NCBI GenBank assembly: GCA_963754755.1
Contig: CAVWHF010000004.1
Span: 781,357-845,356 of the forward strand
DNA: 64,000 nt
From: an uncultured Acidimicrobiaceae bacterium
GTDB lineage: Bacteria > Actinomycetota > Acidimicrobiia > Acidimicrobiales > RAAP-2
Direction of reading: 5' to 3'
The translations under genes and the position numbers were made by a program. This document shows positions 58,401-64,000 of the stretch, piece by piece. The notes below the pieces were generated by a model. That model saw only the letters and a list, made by a program, of their open reading frames with translations, was not told where the DNA came from and searched no databases. The number at the start of each line of letters is the position of its first letter. Positions within the stretch are counted from its first letter, which is position 1.

Positions 58401-58739
58401 TTCGCTCCCTATCATGACCAGATGGGCTTCAACGGGTTGATGCCTCTCGAGCCCGTTGCGATGTACCTGGGTTCACTTGCGACAGTGCTCAAACGCTTCG
58501 ATGAAGCCGAGACCTACTTCGTGGAGGCCACCGAGTTTGGCCATCGAATGAACGCACCCTTTTCCCTGGCCCGGACGAATCTCTCATGGGGCAGGATGCT
58601 CACCCACCGTGCCGCCGTCGGAGATATCGAAAGGGCACAAGACCTGCTGGCCGAAGCGCATCGGGCAGCAACGGACAACGGCTATGGGAGTGTCGAACGA
58701 AGCGCCCGCCAGGCCCTCCAGAGTTTGGCCCGACGCTGA
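55428..58739 (+). CDS. Class III adenylate/guanylate cyclase domain + P-loop (STAND-type) ATPase + TPR/helical repeats
   Basis: SD GGAAGGAG is upstream of ATG 55428. The cyclase motifs are ILFTDIVGST, KNLGDGLMVVF and RIGLSGGEV. Walker A is GEAGVGKTT and Walker B is VILVFDDLQWAD. About 600 aa of helical repeats follow. There is no terminal HTH. Confidence 0.88.
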   Translation: MTTENVAILFTDIVGSTELSQRLIPEAADKVRRDHFSILRRAIAETGGTEVKNLGDGLMVVFSSASAALSCAVAMQQGVERDNSDRGYSMGLRIGLSGGEVTREDADYFGDPVIEAARLCATSNGGQILVADVVRAMAGRRSRHRLLGVGSLALKGLPEPVETMEVTWEPLRTVPGNDVPLPGRVGALPSVGVVGRAVEVEAMAAAVKRVVDGGGREVVLISGEAGVGKTTVAGEAARAAFDDGACVLFGHCEEDLATPYRLFAEALGHYVAHAPEERLLTHVESHGSELTRLVPALARRLPDLPPSTATDADTERYLLFGAAVDLLAMASQDQPVILVFDDLQWADKGSLLLLRHLVATDLPMQVLVLGTFRDSELSYSHALLDTLGALHRQSGVTRVELTGLDDAGVVSLMEAAAGHTLDDTGVGLAHALYRETDGNPFFVSEVLRHLSETGSIYQDANGRWLAVASLEVIALPESVRVVIGGRVGRLGPEAQRVLAQAAVIGQDFDLDVLARSTGVPEDQLLDILDRAAAAALVRERLDAPGQYRFAHALIQRTLYEDLGPTRRARAHRRAGEALEAIYGERNGAHIGELAHHWFSATQPVDVTKAIVYSRRAAEAALAALAPDEAVHYFSQALQLLGQEREPDPLLEVDLLIGLGSAQRQAGLSSFRETLLDAARLAQALGATERLVAAALANNRGLFSSLGVVDGEKVQVLEAVLEAMPPDDSNERALLLATLCNELTHGRPLEERRGLANRAKDMARRLADPATIVQVLNLVEQPLEAPPTLHERVADTNEALMLAETLGDPYHHYFAAVYRRISAAAAGDRQTALSCLDLMQSLSQRLRQPILMWITTFHEAAQALIAGDPERAEALSTEALQIGTECGQPDALSFYGSQMVIIRHEQGRLGELLPVIEAVAAETGMPGYKGALAASYLDADGEPDAVALLEAAVSEGFASLLVGIGWLEAVTAYAQVAIELHHAEAAAILFDMFAPYHDQMGFNGLMPLEPVAMYLGSLATVLKRFDEAETYFVEATEFGHRMNAPFSLARTNLSWGRMLTHRAAVGDIERAQDLLAEAHRAATDNGYGSVERSARQALQSLARR

Positions 58740-59034
58740 ACCTCGTAGTGCCTGAGCGCTGCGTCGCCCCGATCGGACCGACACCGCCGCTCCGCAGACC
58801 GACGGCGAGCTGATGTTTGAAAGGATTGTCAGCGGAGCCACTCGTTAGCGGGCCTGACACTCTCTGAGCGTGAACCCGCCCGGGCTTCCACGTGGTCGAG
58901 CCTTCCGGCCCCACAGACGTTCTCGGACTGGCGGTGACCATTACGCTCATGTGGGCTTCGGCCACCGCTGGAAACTGGACAGTTTGGGTCGATGGTGCGG
59001 AGACAGCCCGCATGGATGAGGGAGCGAAGGAAGC

Positions 59035-60009
59035 ATGACCGACGTGGGACTGGTTCTTGGTGCCGGGGGCGTGGTGGGACAGGCCTACCACGCCGGAGTC
59101 CTTTCCGCCCTCTACGAGTCGGCTGGATGGGATCCCCGCTCGGCCGGCATCATCGTCGGATCGTCGGCGGGATCGATCACCGGCACCATGCTCCGACTCG
59201 GTGTTGGAGCGACCGACCTGGCGGCGATGGCCACGCGTTCACCGCTGTCGGAAAGCGGTTCGAAGCTGGTTGACCGTATCCTTCCCAACTCATCGATCCT
59301 CCCCATGCCTACACCGGCGTCGTGGTTCCGACCGTGGCGTCCGCCATCGCCGGCGCTCCTGTCGAGGATTGCCAGGCGGCCGTGGAGCTTCCGTCCCGAT
59401 GTGGCCGCCATGACCATGCTCCCGGCTGGCAGAATTGACCTCTCCGAGCGCGCAGCTCCACTTCATCGCTTCGTTGGCGACCGGTGGCCTGAGGATCTCT
59501 GGATCTGTGCGGTGCGCCGAGATGACGGTGCCCGGGTGGTATTCGGTCGACCCGGCTCGCCTCCCGCGTCGCTGGCCGCCGCAGTGCTCGCCTCCTGCGC
59601 CATCCCCGCCTACTTCGCTCCCGTGGTCATTGGCGGGGTCGAGTACTTCGACGGAGGTGTCCATTCGCCCACCAATGCAGACGTCCTTCTGGCACTTCGC
59701 CCTGCGGTGGTCTTGGTCATCTCGCCGATGTCGGCGTCAAGCTTCCCGTCCTGGAGAGCCGATGCGCTGATGAGGTGGTCGGCTCATCGCCGCCTCGAAC
59801 GAGAAGCTCGTCGCCTCACCGCAGCTGGCTGCAGGGTGGTCGGGATCGAGCCGGGCCCCAGCTGCCTCCACGCCATGGGCCTGCGGCCTATGGATGAGAA
59901 CCGAGCGTCGCCGGTGGCGGAAACCGCCTATCAGGAGACGCTCCGTCGGATCGACGAAGGCCTCTTTGCCGAGATCCCGGCGACTGCGAGAGTCTCAAGC
60001 GGCCCTTGA
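59035..60009 (+). CDS. Patatin-like phospholipase
   Basis: SD GGAGCGAAGGAAGC is upstream. Motifs are the glycine-rich LGAGGVVG, the nucleophile GSSAG (GxSxG) and the catalytic Asp in YFDGGV. Confidence 0.88.
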   Translation: MTDVGLVLGAGGVVGQAYHAGVLSALYESAGWDPRSAGIIVGSSAGSITGTMLRLGVGATDLAAMATRSPLSESGSKLVDRILPNSSILPMPTPASWFRPWRPPSPALLSRIARRPWSFRPDVAAMTMLPAGRIDLSERAAPLHRFVGDRWPEDLWICAVRRDDGARVVFGRPGSPPASLAAAVLASCAIPAYFAPVVIGGVEYFDGGVHSPTNADVLLALRPAVVLVISPMSASSFPSWRADALMRWSAHRRLEREARRLTAAGCRVVGIEPGPSCLHAMGLRPMDENRASPVAETAYQETLRRIDEGLFAEIPATARVSSGP

Positions 60010-60084
60010 CCTGAGGTCCGGCCAGGAGGCCCGGCTCTCCCCGGTAGTAACCTCGGTGCCCGGGGCCCGGTGACGGTGTAGGAG

Positions 60085-61491
60085 GTGGTCCGAGTGGGAG
60101 TCGACCGCATGAGCCCGCTGGACGCGTCCTTCCTTCACATCGAGGACAGCGTCAGCCATATGCATATTGCGTCGGTGGGCATCTTCAGCGGGCCGGCGCC
60201 TCCCTTTATCGAGCTCCAGACCATGATCGAGGGCAAACTGACCCTGGTTCCCCGTTACCGTTGCGTGGTTCGCCACGTACCGTTGGAGCTGGGCAGACCG
60301 GTGTGGGTCGATGACCCCCACTTCAACATCGAGTACCACGTACGGCACACCGCCCTTCCTTCCCCTGGTGGCGAGGCCGAGCTCCGGAAGTTGGTGGGTC
60401 GGGTCATGTCCCAGCCGCTGGACCGGTCCAAGCCGCTCTGGGAGATCTGGGTGGTGGAAGGGCTCGATGAGGGCAACTGGGCAGTCCTCTCCAAGACTCA
60501 TCACGCCCTGGTGGACGGCGTCTCCGGAACGGACGTCCTGGCCGTGATCATGGATCGTTCACCTGATCAGCAGCTATTTCCGACACTGGCTTGGGAGCCA
60601 GGCCCGTCTCCGTCGGCGCTCACCCTCGCTGTCGATGCCTCTCGTGAACTGTTGCGCAGCCCCTACGAACAGTTGAGCGCCCTTCGGAATGCGGTCTCCG
60701 TACCGCGACATGCTCTGGAGCAAGGGGTGTCGGTCCTACGAGGGCTGATGGCGATGACGGGGTTGGCCAAGCGAACGCCCACCTCCAGTCTCAACGGCCC
60801 ACTGGGGCCCCATCGGCGCTACGGATGGGCCTCAACCACCGTCGGCGACATCAAGGCCATCCGAAATGAACTCGGCGGCACGTTCAACGATGTCGTCCTG
60901 GCTGCCATTACCAACGGATTCCGCGAGCTGCTCCTGTCACGGGGGGAGTCCGTGGATCGCGTCGTGCGAACGCTGGTCCCTGTGTCCGTGCGCCCTCGTG
61001 ACAACAGCGGGTTGGCCGTCGGTGACGGGACGCTCGAGAACAAGGTCTCGGCCATGTTCGCTGAGCTTCCCGTCTCCATCGACGACGCCCCGGGGAGGCT
61101 CCGCGCCGTCAGTCGTCAGATGGCGGGGGTCAAAGACTCCCGCCAGGCCGTGGCCGGTGAGGCATTGACCTCGATGACCGGCTTCGCTCCACCGATGCTG
61201 CTGGCCCTGGGCATGCGGGTGTCCACCCGGATGGCCCAGCACCAGGTGAACACCGTCACCACAAATGTGCCCGGGCCCCAGCTCCCGCTGTACATGGGTG
61301 GCCGCCAGATGATCAGAGCCTTTCCCTACGTACCTCTGGGTGCCCAGATGCGGATAGGCGTCGCCATCTTCTCCTACAACGGTGAGGTCAGCTTCGGGGT
61401 GACCGGCGACTACGACACGACCGGGGATCTTGACGTTCTGTGCCGGGGCATCGAAGAGGGCATCCGGCAAATGCGGAAGACCGACGTATGA
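60085..61491 (+). CDS. Wax ester synthase / diacylglycerol acyltransferase (WS/DGAT)
   Basis: The active-site motif is HHALVDG, and the C-terminal block is NVPGP. An alternative ATG exists at 60109. Confidence 0.9.
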   Translation: MVRVGVDRMSPLDASFLHIEDSVSHMHIASVGIFSGPAPPFIELQTMIEGKLTLVPRYRCVVRHVPLELGRPVWVDDPHFNIEYHVRHTALPSPGGEAELRKLVGRVMSQPLDRSKPLWEIWVVEGLDEGNWAVLSKTHHALVDGVSGTDVLAVIMDRSPDQQLFPTLAWEPGPSPSALTLAVDASRELLRSPYEQLSALRNAVSVPRHALEQGVSVLRGLMAMTGLAKRTPTSSLNGPLGPHRRYGWASTTVGDIKAIRNELGGTFNDVVLAAITNGFRELLLSRGESVDRVVRTLVPVSVRPRDNSGLAVGDGTLENKVSAMFAELPVSIDDAPGRLRAVSRQMAGVKDSRQAVAGEALTSMTGFAPPMLLALGMRVSTRMAQHQVNTVTTNVPGPQLPLYMGGRQMIRAFPYVPLGAQMRIGVAIFSYNGEVSFGVTGDYDTTGDLDVLCRGIEEGIRQMRKTDV

Positions 61492-61564
61492 GGCGATAGA
61501 CCCCACCGGCGCCAGGTCGGTCCTAGTCCCGGGGTGAGTCGGACCCGACCGCCCCGCCGCGCTC

Positions 61565-62731
61565 TCATCGACAGGGAAGTCGGTACCCGTCCACGCTCGA
61601 GTCGATGCGGGCCCCGTCGATGCCGGCTGCGTTGTCGGCGGGGCAGAACTGACTGGTGGTGAGGTTGTACTCGGCATTGAAGACACCCTTGCCGTTGGCG
61701 ATGTAGGTACTCGCCTGGCCGCACTGGCTCCACTGGTTGCAGTTCTCGGTGAGCAGGCCATCGGCCAGCGGCTCCATGGTGGTGGCGAAGTTGTCACCGG
61801 TATCGACCAGGTTCTTGGCGATCCACCCCATGCCGAGGTTGTGGATATAGGAGGAGAGTGTGATCAGAAAGGTCTGCTCGTTGGACTCGGTCAGCGGGAA
61901 GCCGGTGGCACCGTCGTAGCCGGTGAAGGTCTCATCGAGATCGGTCTCCACGGCGTCGAAGCCCTTGGCACCGCACTGCTGCTGGATCATCGACTCGATG
62001 ATGCCTACGGCCACGGGCGCGTTGATGTTGACGAAGTTCTCCTGGGAGTAGCCGGGGAGCACATTACCGAGAGTCCCGGCCGCCTTGAGCTGGTTGTAGT
62101 AGCTGGTAGCTATCCCCTCCTGGCCGGCCGTGTAGTAGTTCCCCGCCGAGCCGGCCTCCACATAACAGATGACGTGGGCGCCCCGGGCGTGGAGCGCTGC
62201 CACCGTGGACGCCGGGTTGATGATGCCGTCGATGTCGTAGACCGACGGCACCGGTGCCGGGCTGCCGTCGGGTAGGGAGTCGTCAGTCCCCAGATCGCTC
62301 GGGCTGCCGATGTCGAAGGGGTGGTTCAGTACCCACTGCCACGAGACGTTACCGGTCGGTATCGACCAGCGGCTCCTGGCCGGTTCGGTGGTGGTGGTCG
62401 TCGCGGCAGGTGGCGCCGGGCCGGTCGTGGTCGTGGGTGGTGACGGAGTGCCGGTGGTCGTGATGGGAGGCGGCGCAGTGGTGGTGGTGGTGGTGGTGGT
62501 GGACGAGCTGGCCCGGCACGTGACGGTGACCTGGTTGGCCGAGTTCCGAACCACCGCCAGCTGGCTGCCGTTGCAGGTCAACGAGTCGTTCTCCCCGGGC
62601 TGCAGGCTCACCGCCGATGCCGCCGCCTGCACCACGCCATACCCGGCGAGGAGGGGAACGAGCACAAGCAGGGTGACGAGCACCCGCTTTCGCATGGAGC
62701 GCTTCCACTGCATGGGCCCACTGAGCTTCAT
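61565..62731 (-). CDS. Secreted GH114-family endo-alpha-1,4-polygalactosaminidase-like glycoside hydrolase
   Basis: It has a signal peptide, a small N-domain and a Thr/Pro linker. GH114-like blocks follow: WQWVL, VICYVEAGS, KGFDAVETDLDE, IAKN, ENC. Confidence 0.75.
   Translation of the reverse strand: MKLSGPMQWKRSMRKRVLVTLLVLVPLLAGYGVVQAAASAVSLQPGENDSLTCNGSQLAVVRNSANQVTVTCRASSSTTTTTTTTAPPPITTTGTPSPPTTTTGPAPPAATTTTTEPARSRWSIPTGNVSWQWVLNHPFDIGSPSDLGTDDSLPDGSPAPVPSVYDIDGIINPASTVAALHARGAHVICYVEAGSAGNYYTAGQEGIATSYYNQLKAAGTLGNVLPGYSQENFVNINAPVAVGIIESMIQQQCGAKGFDAVETDLDETFTGYDGATGFPLTESNEQTFLITLSSYIHNLGMGWIAKNLVDTGDNFATTMEPLADGLLTENCNQWSQCGQASTYIANGKGVFNAEYNLTTSQFCPADNAAGIDGARIDSSVDGYRLPCR
62478..62502. 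repeat. (GTG)8 trinucleotide microsatellite, encoding a Thr8 run on the minus strand
   Basis: It reads directly as gtggtggtggtggtggtggtggtgg inside the GH114 linker. Confidence 0.9.
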
Positions 62732-63105
62732 GATTGCTCACTCTCTGTGTCGGGCGGACTACCAGAAGTGCTTCAGCATTCCTCGAGAGAACATGCGCCT
62801 CGCATCGCCGAGCGAGACCTGTTGTGGCACCTGGTGACCGGAGCCAAGGGGTGGGATACTGCTTGGCACAGCGGTTACCTCACCATCTTGCCCATCCCGA
62901 CCTGATCCGTCCACGCCGATGCGTGCGTCCCTGTCAAGGTCGGTACGTCCCGCCGACTTCTTGAGGGGTGGCCGACCGGCTAGGAACGAGGCCGCGTGCC
63001 CGTGGCTCCGTCCACCTCTGTATGCCGGTCGGTCGGGTGTTCTGTCCGTCGATGCCGCACGATGGTGTCGGACGTCCGGCGCCTCCACTTGGGTAGGGTT
63101 TCCGG

Positions 63106-64000
63106 ATGACCGCCCACTTCGGTGCCTGGCTCCGCTACGGGGACCCGATCGACGGGGACGAGATCCAATTCGCCGTCGACCACTACCGGGTGGCCGTCCT
63201 CCAGCCCTGGGAAACGGAGGCGCTCGGCCGGCTGAAGTCGGAGCGGCCCGAGATGACGGTGCTCTGCTACAAGTGCCTGTCCTCGGTCCGCGGCTACGAG
63301 ACCGGGCCGGTCATCAGTTCCGGCGTGGCCTACGGGGAGGCGGAGGAGAACGGGGAGCACTGGTTCGCCCACCGGGCCGACGGGACCACCCGGATCGGCT
63401 GGGCCAACTACGACGACCACTGGCAGATGGCAGTGTGGGAGGACGAGTACCGCCAGCGGTGGTGCGACAACGTGGCCGACGAGCTCGAGGGGTCACCTTG
63501 GGACGGCGTGTTGGCCGACAACGACGTGTACGACGACTATTACGGGCTCCGGCCTCCCATCGAGGGGGGTCGGGTCATGTCGGACATCCGGGATGCCCTC
63601 GACCGGTTCGTCACCGAGGCGGGCACCCGGTTGAACGGCATGGACAAGATCCTGGTGCCCAATATCGCCGAGTCCCACCGTCAGCCGGACCGGTGGCCGC
63701 GCCACGCCGCCTACGGCGGTGGCTACGAGGAGGTGTGGCTTGCCTACGGCCCCGATGACTACCTGGATCCGGAGACGTCGCTCCTCCAGACGGGTGAGGT
63801 GGAGGGACCCGGGCTCACCATCATGCGGGTGGCTTCCGACGGCACCGACCAGCACCCGAACTTCCTCTACGGGCTGGCCGCCTTCTGGGTGTTCGGGGGT
63901 GGCCGGGGTGGCGCCATCACAGCCACGGCCCACGACGGCTACTCCTCGACCCCCTACATCCCCGCCCTCGATGTCGACCTCGGGAGTCCCACCGAGGAGC
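63106..64000 (+). CDS. Hypothetical protein, 3'-partial (possible TIM-barrel glycoside-hydrolase-like protein)
   Basis: The frame is open from ATG 63106 to the window end, so it is not in the ORF track because no stop is reached. It shows high GC3. The sequence reads MTAHFGAWLRYGDPIDGDEIQFAVDHYRVAVLQPWE...VLCYKCLSS...; the family assignment is tentative. Confidence 0.55.
   Translation, partial: MTAHFGAWLRYGDPIDGDEIQFAVDHYRVAVLQPWETEALGRLKSERPEMTVLCYKCLSSVRGYETGPVISSGVAYGEAEENGEHWFAHRADGTTRIGWANYDDHWQMAVWEDEYRQRWCDNVADELEGSPWDGVLADNDVYDDYYGLRPPIEGGRVMSDIRDALDRFVTEAGTRLNGMDKILVPNIAESHRQPDRWPRHAAYGGGYEEVWLAYGPDDYLDPETSLLQTGEVEGPGLTIMRVASDGTDQHPNFLYGLAAFWVFGGGRGGAITATAHDGYSSTPYIPALDVDLGSPTEE

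Noticed and set aside
1-64000. CRISPR arrays, tRNA/rRNA genes, IS elements, integrases, prophage genes
   Set aside because: No regularly spaced direct repeats were seen. No T-loop/acceptor patterns occur outside coding sequence. No transposase or recombinase motifs appear in any frame. The only plasmid-associated family is the pRiA4b ORF-3-like gene.

Overview
This is a high-GC actinobacterial-type chromosomal segment. Coding lines are roughly 68-70% GC by hand count. It is densely packed with about 70 protein-coding genes on both strands. I found no rRNA, tRNA, CRISPR array, transposase or integrase. Recognisable content: (1) Two separate ATP-dependent ligase repair loci. One is a Ku / LigD(phosphoesterase-ligase) / LigD-polymerase NHEJ locus at 13.5-17.4 kb. 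The other is a LigC / PHP-PolX-like / Prim-Pol / 5'-3' exonuclease cluster at 46.7-50.8 kb. (2) Signalling genes: a SoxR regulator with a textbook 19-bp-spacer MerR-type promoter driving an SDR-QueA-like operon; a PspC-domain protein divergent from a PspC-histidine kinase / LuxR regulator / DksA-TraR operon; a second kinase/LuxR pair coupled to an ABC-2 exporter; a PAS-GGDEF-EAL protein; a PASTA Ser/Thr kinase; a cNMP-binding/TrxR-like fusion; and a 1,103-aa cyclase-P-loop ATPase-TPR protein. (3) Lipid and hydrolase genes: patatin, WS/DGAT, thioesterases, MaoC pair, alpha/beta hydrolases, phospholipase C-type phosphoesterase, GH114. Two things affect any annotation here. First, at least 14 genes change reading frame in mid-domain, often at short C/G runs, which looks more like homopolymer indel error than decay. 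Second, a divergent hydrolase/MFS gene pair has lost both 5' ends at a single junction near 6.9 kb. The most interesting candidates are the cyclase-STAND-TPR gene followed by a patatin phospholipase, the self-contained LigC gap-repair cluster, the SoxR-controlled QueA paralogue, and a 0.5-kb lower-GC non-coding gap with promoter and terminator signals for a possible ~245-nt sRNA. All family calls come from motif reading of the translations; no database search was run.
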